Positions 10,159 through 19,505 of a DNA stretch of 64,000 bases are shown here, one piece after another. The translations under genes were made by a program, and so were the position numbers. This DNA comes from Candidatus Moraniibacteriota bacterium (GTDB lineage Bacteria > Patescibacteriota > Minisyncoccia > Moranbacterales > GWC2-37-73). Below the pieces are notes generated by a model. It worked only from the letters and a program-made list of their open reading frames with translations. It did no database searches and was not told the origin of the DNA. The stretch is taken from contig DAOOTD010000002.1 in the NCBI GenBank assembly GCA_035390125.1, forward strand, positions 105,908 to 169,907, written 5' to 3'. How positions within the stretch are numbered: the first letter of the stretch is position 1; every line of letters starts with the position of its first letter.

Positions 10159-11982
10159 ATGCTTGGAATAAACAAAAAAAATGACAAAAAACAAACTGTA
10201 AAAAGGGATCCGATTTTAGAAAGTGAGGAATTATATCAGCGTGGTGTTGCAACTATAAAAGATCTTATCGCCCCTTCTGCAATGAAGGTAAGTTCAAATT
10301 ACTTGCAAATAGGCGAAACGTTTGCCAGAACCGTTTTTGTTGTTGCCTATCCTAGATATTTGCATACAAACTGGTTTTCTCCGATTATAAACATTGATTT
10401 TTCCATGGATACTGCGATGTTTATACATCCTATTGATACAGTTGAAATATTAAAAACCCTCAGGAAAACATCAACCCAAGTGCAATCGCAGATTCACATG
10501 GAAGAACAGTCGGGAAAAATCCGAAATCCAATTTTGGAAACAGCCATTGAAGATATAGAAGATTTGCGCGATAAGCTCCAGCAAGGAACTGAAAAATTTT
10601 TCCGCTTCGGGCTCTACATGACTTTATATGCAAATAATTTGGAAGAACTTGAAAAAATACATTTGCAAATAGAAGCACTTCTCGAGGCGCAAATGGTTTA
10701 CATCAAGCCAGCGGTGTTAAAAGCTGAACAAGGTTTTTCCTCTACTTTGCCATTGGGAAATGATGAAATAGATATTGCTAATAATCTCAATACAGCACCA
10801 CTTTCTACGACATTTCCTTTTGTATCTTCAGATCTTTCATCTAATGAGGGTATTCTTTATGGGATTAATCGACACAATAACAGCCTTATTCTTTTTGACA
10901 GATTCCAAATGGAAAATGCCAATATGGTAGTTTTTTCTAAATCTGGCGGAGGGAAAAGCTATACTGTGAAACTCGAAATATTCCGTTCGCTGATGGTTGG
11001 AACCAATGTTGTTGTCATTGATCCAGAAAATGAGTACAAATATTTGTGTGAAACAGTAGGGGGAACTTTCATAAAACTTTCACTTAATTCTCCATATCAT
11101 TTGAATCCATTCGATCTTCCTAAAATTGGCGATGAAGAAGATCCTGAAGATGTTCTTAGGAGCAACATAGCCAGTCTTATAGGACTGCTTCATCTTATGC
11201 TTGGCAATGTAACTCCCGAAGAAGATTCAATTCTGGATATAGCTATTCGTGAAACATATGCGATGCGTGATATTACTGCCCGAAGCAATTTTAAGGCTCT
11301 TAATTCATCTTCTTTTCCGACCATGTCGGACCTTTATGCTGTTATTCGAAATTCAGAAGGCGGAGAATCAATAGCAAAAAGATTGGAAAAATACACAGAG
11401 GGTATTTTTGCTGGGGTGCTTAATCATACAACAAATGTACAGGTTGATAATCAAATGGTTGTCTTTAATATACGCGATCTTGAAGAACAGCTTAGGCCCA
11501 TTGCCATGTATACAGTCTTGCAGTTTATCTGGAATGAAATGCGGTCTTCACTTAAAAAAAGAATTGTAGTTGTGGATGAAGCTTGGGTTATGATGCAAAA
11601 TGATGATGCAGCATCTTTTTTATTTGGTATTGCAAAGCGTTGCAGAAAATATTATACAGGCTTAACAACAATAACTCAGGACATAGCAGATTTTATGACC
11701 TCGCGCTATGGAAAGCCGGTAGTAACTAATTCGTCATTGCAGCTGCTATTGCGTCAGTCTCCGGCAGCTATAGAAACAATTTCTGACACCTTTTTTCTAA
11801 CTGATCAGGAAAAGTTTCTCTTATTGGAAAGTGGGGTTGGAGAAGGAATTCTTTTTGCGGGAGCAAAGCATGTTGCAATAAAAGTTATTGCTTCATATCC
11901 TGAAGATCAAATCATAACATCTGATCCGCGCCAATTGATTGAAATTGAACAAGCCAAAAAAGAATTGGAAGAAGATGAATAA
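10159..11982 (+). CDS. VirB4/TraC/TrbE-family type IV secretion ATPase (ATPase-domain ORF)
   Basis: 607 aa; Walker A FSKSGGGKSY, Walker B VVVDEAW, overall CagE/TrbE/VirB4 domain order. Confidence 0.8.
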   Translation: MLGINKKNDKKQTVKRDPILESEELYQRGVATIKDLIAPSAMKVSSNYLQIGETFARTVFVVAYPRYLHTNWFSPIINIDFSMDTAMFIHPIDTVEILKTLRKTSTQVQSQIHMEEQSGKIRNPILETAIEDIEDLRDKLQQGTEKFFRFGLYMTLYANNLEELEKIHLQIEALLEAQMVYIKPAVLKAEQGFSSTLPLGNDEIDIANNLNTAPLSTTFPFVSSDLSSNEGILYGINRHNNSLILFDRFQMENANMVVFSKSGGGKSYTVKLEIFRSLMVGTNVVVIDPENEYKYLCETVGGTFIKLSLNSPYHLNPFDLPKIGDEEDPEDVLRSNIASLIGLLHLMLGNVTPEEDSILDIAIRETYAMRDITARSNFKALNSSSFPTMSDLYAVIRNSEGGESIAKRLEKYTEGIFAGVLNHTTNVQVDNQMVVFNIRDLEEQLRPIAMYTVLQFIWNEMRSSLKKRIVVVDEAWVMMQNDDAASFLFGIAKRCRKYYTGLTTITQDIADFMTSRYGKPVVTNSSLQLLLRQSPAAIETISDTFFLTDQEKFLLLESGVGEGILFAGAKHVAIKVIASYPEDQIITSDPRQLIEIEQAKKELEEDE

Positions 11983-12015
11983 AAAATAGAATCTTTATTG
12001 AATTAACAATTTATT

Positions 12016-12519
12016 ATGCCTGAAGATATTGCAAGAAATTTTAAAAACAACAGCGATAACCTTGATAGAGCTAGGCGAGAAAGGCCCAGCTCTTTTAGCA
12101 ATGGAAATCCTGTTGATATGACAAAAAATATTTCTAAAGCGGCTATAGCTAAAGGTTTTTTCCCTTTACTGAAAGAAATAGATCTTTCCAAAGATATGCC
12201 ATTTGTAGCTGCGCTTCTGGGTGCTTTAGGAAAAGATGTCTCTGACTTTGTTTTTGCTGAAACAATAATACTTTCCATGCTTACCTCAATTCTTTGTTCT
12301 ATATTTATTTTCATGATGTTAATTCTTGCTGGTTCTGGGCGAAGAAATAAGTCGGCAAGAGGCTTTGCTAAAAAAGCACTTACATTAATAGGAGGCGGAG
12401 CAGCTGATTCATTGCCCGGAGTAGATTTTTTACCAATTGAAACACTTACTGTCGGAATGATATATATTATGGTGTTGGCAGAAAGAGCAAGTGAAAAAAA
12501 TAATAAATTCAAACTCTAA
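12016..12519 (+). CDS. Hypothetical membrane protein (T4SS-cluster associated)
   Basis: 167 aa ORF with ATG on the same strand as the flanking operon. Charged N-terminus plus two hydrophobic segments. The overlapping minus-strand ORF looks low-complexity and was not chosen. Confidence 0.3.
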   Translation: MPEDIARNFKNNSDNLDRARRERPSSFSNGNPVDMTKNISKAAIAKGFFPLLKEIDLSKDMPFVAALLGALGKDVSDFVFAETIILSMLTSILCSIFIFMMLILAGSGRRNKSARGFAKKALTLIGGGAADSLPGVDFLPIETLTVGMIYIMVLAERASEKNNKFKL

Positions 12520-12609
12520 ATAATATATAGGCTTCACAATTAATTTTATAGCTGATCAGCTAATAATTAAGCACAAAAAAGTGTCAAGCTGATCTTTTCT
12601 TTTTTATTT

Positions 12610-14136
12610 ATGTCTTCTAAAATATATTCTGCCGCAACTATAGGTCTGGACGGAGAAATTGTAGAAGTTGAAGTTGATATTCTAGGATCCGGCCTGCACA
12701 ATTTTTCAATCGTTGGTCTCCCGGATATTGCAATCAAGGAGTCGCGTGATCGTGTTTCGAGTGCTATAAAAAATAGCGGATTTAAGCCACCACATCAGTG
12801 CGGTCGCATTACGGTGAATCTAGCTCCGGCAGACTTGCCAAAGGCCAGCCCTATTTATGATCTTCCTATCGCTATGGGATTTTTGCTTGCGACCAAACAA
12901 TTGCAATTTGATTTTAATGGCAGGATGATTGTAGGAGAACTTTCTCTTGACGGGCGCATACGTCCTATACAGGGAACTTTACCTATAGCTCTCTTGGCAA
13001 AAGAAAAGGGGTTTAATGAATTATATGTTCCATTAGAAAATGCAGCTGAAGCCAGTGTAGTTAAGGGAATAAATATTGTACCTGTAGATACTCTTTATTC
13101 TTTGGCTGATCATTTTTCTGGCAATAGAAAAATTGATTATTTCCCATCATTAGACGGGGATGTCCTATTTTCAACAGCAGATTATGAAATAGATATGGCT
13201 CATATTAAAGGTCAACAACATGCCAAGCGTGCTCTGGAAATTGCAGCAGCTGGTGGGCACAATGTTATTTTAAACGGACCTCCAGGATCAGGAAAGACTT
13301 TATTGGCTAAGGCTATTCCTACTATTCTCCCCCAGTTAACATTGGAAGAAGCATTGGAAATAACAAAAATATTTTCAGTTTCCGGAAAACTTAGGAAAGG
13401 ACAACCTCTAGTTACTTCAAGGCCATACAGAAATCCACATCATAGTGCCAGTAGTGTTTCTTTGATTGGTGGGGGGAGTTATCCAAAGCCTGGAGAAATA
13501 AGCTTAGCGCACAGGGGAGTTTTGTTTTTGGATGAGTTTGCTGAGTTTCCTAAAAGTGTTTTAGAGAATTTGCGCCAGCCACTTGAGGATGGTATGATAA
13601 CAATCTCAAGAGCCAAAGGATCTTTATATTTTCCAGCCCGGTTTATTTTGGTGGCCGCTATGAATCCCTGTTTTTGCGGGAACGCTACTGATCCGGAAAA
13701 AATATGCACATGTACGCCAGCACAGATTTCCCGGTATAAGCAAAAAATTTCTGGACCAATTATGGACCGCATTGATCTGCACATTGAAGTGCCACGTTTA
13801 AGTTTTGACAAGCTTCAAGAAGGAATAAGTGAAGAAAAAAGCGAGCAGATACGTGCCAGAGTGGAAGCAGCCAGAAAAATACAAGCTAAAAGATTTGAAA
13901 ATTTGTCGGTAATTTCTAACAGCGAAATGTCTTCTGATCAAATAAGACAATTTTGTCCTTTAGACGAAGAGTGCAAACAGCTTTTAAGAAATGCTGTATC
14001 AGCTCTAAAGCTTAGTGCCCGAGCTTATCACCGTATAATAAAAATCGCGCGTACTATTGCAGATCTTTCAAATAGTGAAAATATTCAGCCGGCACATATT
14101 GCCGAAGCCATTCAATACAGATTCAAAATGGAATGA
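12610..14136 (+). CDS. comM: YifB/ComM-family Mg-chelatase-like AAA+ ATPase
   Basis: 508 aa; N-terminal Lon-like domain (MSSKIYSAATIGLDGEIVEVEVDI), Walker A GPPGSGKT, Walker B LFLDEF, C-terminal ChlI/MoxR-like region. Confidence 0.85.
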   Translation: MSSKIYSAATIGLDGEIVEVEVDILGSGLHNFSIVGLPDIAIKESRDRVSSAIKNSGFKPPHQCGRITVNLAPADLPKASPIYDLPIAMGFLLATKQLQFDFNGRMIVGELSLDGRIRPIQGTLPIALLAKEKGFNELYVPLENAAEASVVKGINIVPVDTLYSLADHFSGNRKIDYFPSLDGDVLFSTADYEIDMAHIKGQQHAKRALEIAAAGGHNVILNGPPGSGKTLLAKAIPTILPQLTLEEALEITKIFSVSGKLRKGQPLVTSRPYRNPHHSASSVSLIGGGSYPKPGEISLAHRGVLFLDEFAEFPKSVLENLRQPLEDGMITISRAKGSLYFPARFILVAAMNPCFCGNATDPEKICTCTPAQISRYKQKISGPIMDRIDLHIEVPRLSFDKLQEGISEEKSEQIRARVEAARKIQAKRFENLSVISNSEMSSDQIRQFCPLDEECKQLLRNAVSALKLSARAYHRIIKIARTIADLSNSENIQPAHIAEAIQYRFKME

Positions 14137-15089
14137 TAAGAATTTCAAAAAAACTAAAATACATCTTTTTTTTAACTGGACTGGCAATCCTTTTTTTCTT
14201 TATATTCAATAAAGATAAAAATGATATTGCTATAAACTTTAATTCTGAAAAAAAGAAAATTGAATTGACTGATAGCAATATCACTTTTGAATTAATGTCT
14301 GCGGCCAAAACTGTAGAAGATTTTATGAACGAGCAAAAAATAGTCCTGGAAGAAAATGATTTAATTGTGCCTGATAAAAATAAAGAAATTTTTTCTGGTA
14401 CTCATATAATCATCAAACGAGCAAAAAACATAACAATTAAAGAAGCGGATAAAAAAACTAAAACGCATACTCTTTTGGATACTATCGAGCAAGCTGTTTG
14501 GGAGAATAAAGAAATAACTTTGTCCGATGATGATATTACGAATCCATCAAGGCGAGTATTGGTCAAAGAAGAAATGACAATTATTGTTACACATGTTGTC
14601 ATAAAAGAAGAAATAAAAAAGCAGGATATCGATTTCAAAACAATTTCTAATGAAGATGATAAATTAGGTTGGCGCGTTAAAAAAGTCACCCAAAAAGGAA
14701 TAAAAGGCACGCGTGAAATAAAATATAAAGTAGTTTATCATGACAATAAGGAAATATCGCGCAAAATTCTGGAAAGCAATGTTACAAAAGAACCAATTGA
14801 AGAAATTGTTACGCAAGGAACATATATGAAATTAGGCAAGGCTAATAAAGGACAGGGTACCTGGTATGCCTGGAAAGGGGGACTTTTTGCTGCCAGCACG
14901 ACTCTTCCGCGCGGCGCATATGCCAAGGTGACCAATGCGGAAAATGGCAAATCGGTCGTTGTCCAAATCAATGATTATGGCCCGCAAGGTAAAGGACGCA
15001 TTATTGATTTGGACAAAGTTGCTTTTGAAAAAATAGCTTCATTAGGTGCGGGAGTTATTGGAGTCAAAGTGGAGCAAGTACTCAATTAG
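14133..15089 (+). CDS. RlpA-like double-psi beta-barrel (DPBB) domain protein, secreted/anchored
   Basis: 318 aa; N-terminal TM/signal anchor. C-terminal GTWYAWKGGLFAAS…VVVQINDYGPQGKGRIIDLDKVAFEKI matches the RlpA/expansin-like DPBB fold motif. Start overlaps the comM stop (ATGGAATGA). Confidence 0.55.
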   Translation: MIRISKKLKYIFFLTGLAILFFFIFNKDKNDIAINFNSEKKKIELTDSNITFELMSAAKTVEDFMNEQKIVLEENDLIVPDKNKEIFSGTHIIIKRAKNITIKEADKKTKTHTLLDTIEQAVWENKEITLSDDDITNPSRRVLVKEEMTIIVTHVVIKEEIKKQDIDFKTISNEDDKLGWRVKKVTQKGIKGTREIKYKVVYHDNKEISRKILESNVTKEPIEEIVTQGTYMKLGKANKGQGTWYAWKGGLFAASTTLPRGAYAKVTNAENGKSVVVQINDYGPQGKGRIIDLDKVAFEKIASLGAGVIGVKVEQVLN

Positions 15090-15133
15090 TTTATAAAGTT
15101 ATAAAGTTCATAAGGTTCATAAGGTTCATAAAG
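15089..15133. repeat. Short tandem repeat, about 5 copies of GTT(C)ATAA(A/G)
   Basis: gtttataaa gttataaa gttcataag gttcataag gttcataaa read directly in the sequence, ending at the ksgA start. Confidence 0.7.
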
Positions 15134-15135
15134 TT

Positions 15136-15969
15136 ATGGAAATCAAAGCGAAAAAATCTTTAGGACAGAATTTTTTGAAAGACGAGGCAATTTTGCAACG
15201 GATTATTGAAAGTGCGAAACTTTCTGCTGATGATGTTGTCATTGAAATCGGGCCGGGGCAAGGAGTGCTGACGGAACTGCTGACTGAGGTTGCCAAAAAA
15301 GTCATGGCGATTGAATTGGATGACCGACTGGTTGAAATGTTAAATAACAAGTTGCGTAACAAAGAAAATATTGAAATTATCCATGATGATATACTAAAAA
15401 TAAATCTTCCAGAGCTTATTTTTAACAAGCTGAAGAAGCTGAAAGCTAAGGAAGTTAAATATAAAGTTGTCGCTAATATTCCATATTACATTACTGCTCC
15501 AATTATTAAATTATTTTTAGAAACCAAATTTCCACCGAGTGAAATGATTCTGATGGTGCAGAAAGAAGTAGCGGAAAGAATCTGTGCCAAGGCAGGAAAA
15601 ATGAGCATTTTGGCAGTGTCGGTGCAATACTATGCTCAGCCGGAATATTTATTCACTGTGTCGAAAGAATCTTTTGAGCCGATGCCGAAAGTGGATAGTG
15701 CAGTAATTAGAATCATAAGAAACAAAAAACCTGCTTCGCCGGCAGGCAGACGAGAAACAAGAAACAAGCAGGACGTTAAAAAATTTTTTAGAATTGTGCG
15801 GGCGGGATTTTCAGCCAAAAGAAAAACTTTAGCTAATAATCTTTCTAATGGATTTCAAATAGACAAAAAAACTTCTGAAGAAAAATTAATCGCGCTTGGT
15901 TTTTCGAAAAATACTCGCGCTCAGGAACTGACAGTGGAAGATTGGAGGAAAATAGAGAATATTTTATAA
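15136..15969 (+). CDS. rsmA: 16S rRNA (adenine1518/1519-N6)-dimethyltransferase
   Basis: 277 aa; N-terminal KKSLGQNFL motif, SAM-binding VIEIGPGQG, KsgA/Dim1 family. Confidence 0.9.
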   Translation: MEIKAKKSLGQNFLKDEAILQRIIESAKLSADDVVIEIGPGQGVLTELLTEVAKKVMAIELDDRLVEMLNNKLRNKENIEIIHDDILKINLPELIFNKLKKLKAKEVKYKVVANIPYYITAPIIKLFLETKFPPSEMILMVQKEVAERICAKAGKMSILAVSVQYYAQPEYLFTVSKESFEPMPKVDSAVIRIIRNKKPASPAGRRETRNKQDVKKFFRIVRAGFSAKRKTLANNLSNGFQIDKKTSEEKLIALGFSKNTRAQELTVEDWRKIENIL

Positions 15970-15982
15970 AAATAAATTTTAT

Positions 15983-18172
15983 ATGGGCATAGTCTCTGAA
16001 TTAAATGAAAAACAAAAAGAAGCGGTAATGACAACAGATGGACCGCTTTTGATTATTGCCGGAGCGGGGTCGGGCAAAACCAAAACACTGACACATCGGG
16101 TAGCCTATCTGATTAAAAATCACGGAGTCAATCCGCGCAATATTTTGGCAGTGACTTTTACTAACAAGGCGGCGGGGGAAATGTGTGAAAGGATCATGCG
16201 AATTTTATATCCCGAGGCAGACAAAAATTATAAATATAGTTTGTATAACAATTCGAATCTGCCAACCATTGGAACGTTTCATGCAATCTGTTCCAAAATA
16301 CTGCGCAGTGAAATAGAAGTTTTGGGATATGAAAAATCGTTTCACATCATTGATGACCAGGATCAGCAGGCTTTAATGAAAAAAATTCTAAAAGAAATGG
16401 AAATAGATCCACAGCAGTTCAATCCAAGAGCAATTCTATCAACCATAAGTAAGGCTAAAAATGAGCTGATAAGTAGGGAAGAATTTGAAAATCAAGCCCA
16501 TGGATATTACGAAGAAATTGTGGCTAAGTGCTATAAACGCTACCAATCACATCTTAAAGAAAACAACAGTCTGGATTTTGATGATATTCTTGTTTTTATA
16601 GTAAAAATTTTTCAGAATTTTCCTAAAGTGCTGGAAAAATATCAGAAACAATTCAAATATATTTTAGTGGATGAATATCAGGATACCAATCGGGCGCAAT
16701 ATTTATTTATAAATATGTTGGCCGGGAAGCACAGAAATTTATGCGTTGTGGGAGATGATTGGCAAAGTATTTATAAGTTCCGAGGCGCAGACATTAAAAA
16801 TATCCTCAATTTTGAAAATGATTATCCAGAAGCCAAAGTAATACATCTGGAACAGAATTACCGTTCAACCCAGGTTATTCTGGATGCGGCCTATGGTGTT
16901 ATTTCCAAAAACATAAATCGCAAGGATAAGAAACTTTGGACGGAAAAAGAAGCCGGGCATTTGGTAACTTCTTTTGAGGCTGAGGATGAATGCGACGAAG
17001 CTGAGTTTGTCGCAGATGAAATAAAAAAAGGAGGCATGCCTTATAGCAAATACGTAGTTTTATACCGTACCAATGCACAATCACGCGTTATTGAAGAAAC
17101 TTTTCTAAAAAAATCAATACCCTATCGAATTATCGGAGGCATTAAGTTCTACCAGCGAAAGGAAATAAAGGACGTGATTGCTTATCTTAAATTAATTTCA
17201 AATCATAGTGACACAATTTCATTGGAGAGGATAATCAATGAACCAAAAAGAAATCTGGGTCTAGTTACATTCAAAAAGTGGGTAGATATCGCTAAGAAAA
17301 AAAATTTAAATCTTATTGAAGCCGGATTAAAATTTTCAGAATCTGAATTTAAATTTCCAGAAAGTCTGCAACTAGTAAATTCAAAAATTGATGCAATAGC
17401 TAAGCTCTGCGACTTTATAAAAAGAATGAAAGAAATCCAGCCGAGAATAACATTAGCTGATTTTATTGAAAAAGTTTTTAAGGAAAGTGGATACGAAAAA
17501 ATGCTGTTGGATGACGGAGTTGAAGGTGAAATGCGCTGGGAAAACGTAAAAGAACTTATAACCGTGGCGCATAAGTATGATGAAAATAAAGCAGAGTATG
17601 GAGATATTTTAAGAGCGTTTTTAGAAGAGGTTGCACTCACATCTGAAGCAGACAACGTTGACCAAAATCAAGATGCAGTGTATCTTATGACTCTGCATAG
17701 CGCTAAAGGTCTAGAATTCCCTGCGGTTTTTATAGTCGGTTTGGAAGAAGGAATATTGCCGCACTCCAGAAGCATGCTTTCCTATGAAGAAATGGAAGAA
17801 GAAAGGCGTTTGATGTACGTAGGCTTAACTAGAGCCAAGGAAAAAATATATCTTTTATTCACGCGCCAACGCAATTTGTTCGGTTCAACGCAGATGAATT
17901 CTCCTTCCAGATTTTTGGACGATATACCTGAAAAACTTGTAAAACATAACTCATGCCGTGAAACAGAAAAAAAGATATTTGAATCGCTTTTAAAAAAGAA
18001 GAAGAAATCAGAAAAAAAAGCGAATTTTTTCAAAGGGGGAGAGAAAGTCAAACATGAACAATTTGGGGAAGGCATAGTTGTTTCGTCTGTTGGCGACATT
18101 ATTACAGTGGCATTTAAAAAAGCCGGAATCAAAAGATTGTCGGCAGAATTTGCAAAGCTTGAACAAATTTAA
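15983..18172 (+). CDS. uvrD: UvrD/PcrA-family ATP-dependent DNA helicase
   Basis: 729 aa; motif I AGAGSGKTKTLTHR, motif II VDEYQDTN, motif Q and helicase superfamily 1 motif order. Confidence 0.85.
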   Translation: MGIVSELNEKQKEAVMTTDGPLLIIAGAGSGKTKTLTHRVAYLIKNHGVNPRNILAVTFTNKAAGEMCERIMRILYPEADKNYKYSLYNNSNLPTIGTFHAICSKILRSEIEVLGYEKSFHIIDDQDQQALMKKILKEMEIDPQQFNPRAILSTISKAKNELISREEFENQAHGYYEEIVAKCYKRYQSHLKENNSLDFDDILVFIVKIFQNFPKVLEKYQKQFKYILVDEYQDTNRAQYLFINMLAGKHRNLCVVGDDWQSIYKFRGADIKNILNFENDYPEAKVIHLEQNYRSTQVILDAAYGVISKNINRKDKKLWTEKEAGHLVTSFEAEDECDEAEFVADEIKKGGMPYSKYVVLYRTNAQSRVIEETFLKKSIPYRIIGGIKFYQRKEIKDVIAYLKLISNHSDTISLERIINEPKRNLGLVTFKKWVDIAKKKNLNLIEAGLKFSESEFKFPESLQLVNSKIDAIAKLCDFIKRMKEIQPRITLADFIEKVFKESGYEKMLLDDGVEGEMRWENVKELITVAHKYDENKAEYGDILRAFLEEVALTSEADNVDQNQDAVYLMTLHSAKGLEFPAVFIVGLEEGILPHSRSMLSYEEMEEERRLMYVGLTRAKEKIYLLFTRQRNLFGSTQMNSPSRFLDDIPEKLVKHNSCRETEKKIFESLLKKKKKSEKKANFFKGGEKVKHEQFGEGIVVSSVGDIITVAFKKAGIKRLSAEFAKLEQI

Positions 18173-18178
18173 TTTTTT

Positions 18179-19090
18179 TTATTTCTTTTTTCCGTGAAAC
18201 TGCTTGTGTATTTCTTTGAGTTGCTTGTTGGTAATGTGCGTATAAATTTGAGTTGTCGTTATGGAAGAATGTCCCAACATTGTTTGCACGCTTCGGATGT
18301 CAGCTCCATTAGAAAGTAAGTCTGTGGCAAAACTATGCCTTAGCGTGTGCGGATGTACATTTTTCACGATACCTGCTTTGGCTGCATAAAATTTTACTAT
18401 TCTTTGAATTGAACGTGGGGTCAAGCGCTTTGTTTTTTCGTTTCCAATTCCCCCTTTTTCGGATAATCGAATAAATAAAGCCGGATCCAAGTCCATGCGC
18501 TTGCTCAAATATTTTTCCAACGCCTCTTTTGCAGTATCAGAAATGAAAACTATTCTCATTTTATCGCCCTTGCCAATCACGCTAAATTCTTGTCTGGAAA
18601 TGTTCAATTGGTCGCAGTTTATATTTATAAGTTCAGAAACACGAAGTCCTGCCGAAAAAAGAAGCTCCAAGATTGCCCTATCGCGCATGGACTTTATGTC
18701 TGATCCTTCTGCGGCATGCAAAAGGCGGTCAAGCTCACCACTATCAAGAAACTCAATTTCATGTGATGGATTTTTACCAACTTCCAATTTTTCAGCGGCC
18801 AAACTTTTAATATCGCGCTTGGCAAGATATTTCAGAAAACTGCGGATGGCTATTATATGATAATTTTGAGTAACTTTTTTCAGTTCCTTGCCATGGCTAT
18901 CTTTCTGCCGGTTCAGATATAAACGGTAGCTCCTTATAAGCTCAGCAGTGATATCCTTGGGTTCGGATATTTTTGCCCAGGTCAAAAAGCGCTTGAGATA
19001 ATGATGATAATTCTCAATAGTCTTCTGCGAACGGTTACGTTCAATCTCCAAATATTCAAGAAATTCAGTCAGAAGGTTTTTTAATTTCAT
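18179..19090 (-). CDS. xerC: Tyrosine site-specific recombinase (XerC/XerD-like)
   Basis: 303 aa; catalytic R…HxxR…Y pattern (HTLRHSFATDLL, …QIYTHI), N-terminal SAM-like core-binding domain. Confidence 0.8.
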   Translation of the reverse strand: MKLKNLLTEFLEYLEIERNRSQKTIENYHHYLKRFLTWAKISEPKDITAELIRSYRLYLNRQKDSHGKELKKVTQNYHIIAIRSFLKYLAKRDIKSLAAEKLEVGKNPSHEIEFLDSGELDRLLHAAEGSDIKSMRDRAILELLFSAGLRVSELININCDQLNISRQEFSVIGKGDKMRIVFISDTAKEALEKYLSKRMDLDPALFIRLSEKGGIGNEKTKRLTPRSIQRIVKFYAAKAGIVKNVHPHTLRHSFATDLLSNGADIRSVQTMLGHSSITTTQIYTHITNKQLKEIHKQFHGKKK

Positions 19091-19234
19091 AAATTATTTC
19101 CGATTATTCATAAAAAAGCTTTTCATGCCTTTTACGATCTAATTGTACTCTTTTTTTGAAATATAAAAAAGATATAACCCCAAAAAATGGCTTAAAAAAA
19201 GGAAAAAAAATAATTTTAAGACAAAACATCTTTG

Positions 19235-19265
19235 ACAAAAATATCCCTAGGTATATACTTGAAAC
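19235..19265 (+). promoter_or_regulatory. Candidate sigma70-like promoter (TTGACA, about 17 nt, ATACTT/TATATA) for the hydrolase/VirB6 module
   Basis: Perfect TTGACA hexamer at 19235-19240 with an A/T-rich -10-like hexamer about 17 nt downstream; lies in a 415-bp intergenic region. Confidence 0.25.
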
Positions 19266-19505
19266 CAGTTAAAAATTAAGGTTGCGGGTGATGAGTAATG
19301 ACATGAGGCGGTTTTTTATCATTATTCTCTAAGCCTGTCAACCAACCGAAAGGACTTATTTATTAGCAAAAAATCCATTTTTTCTTATATATACGAATCA
19401 ATCAGAAAAATTGACCTCAAGGGCTTAAACACTAAAATTCATCTTAAACAACGCTCAATAGCAAACTTCATAAAGGAGCACAGAACCATAAAACTGCTCC
19501 ACGTT

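Noticed and set aside
12003-12512. Minus-strand 169-aa ORF almost exactly overlapping the plus-strand ORF 12016-12519
   Set aside because: Its translation is serine-rich and low-complexity and runs against the surrounding operon. The plus-strand frame looks more protein-like, though neither is strongly supported.
15089-15133. CRISPR array
   Set aside because: This is the only tandem repeat in the window, with 8-9-nt units and no spacers. No CRISPR-like repeat-spacer structure exists anywhere in the 64 kb.
5447-19090. Possibility that tRNA-Ser … XerC-like recombinase delimit an integrative conjugative element carrying the T4SS genes
   Set aside because: The recombinase is about 13 kb from the tRNA and convergent with uvrD. 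Core genes (ksgA, comM) are interleaved, and no direct repeat of the tRNA 3' end was seen near 19 kb. Still worth a whole-genome att-site search.
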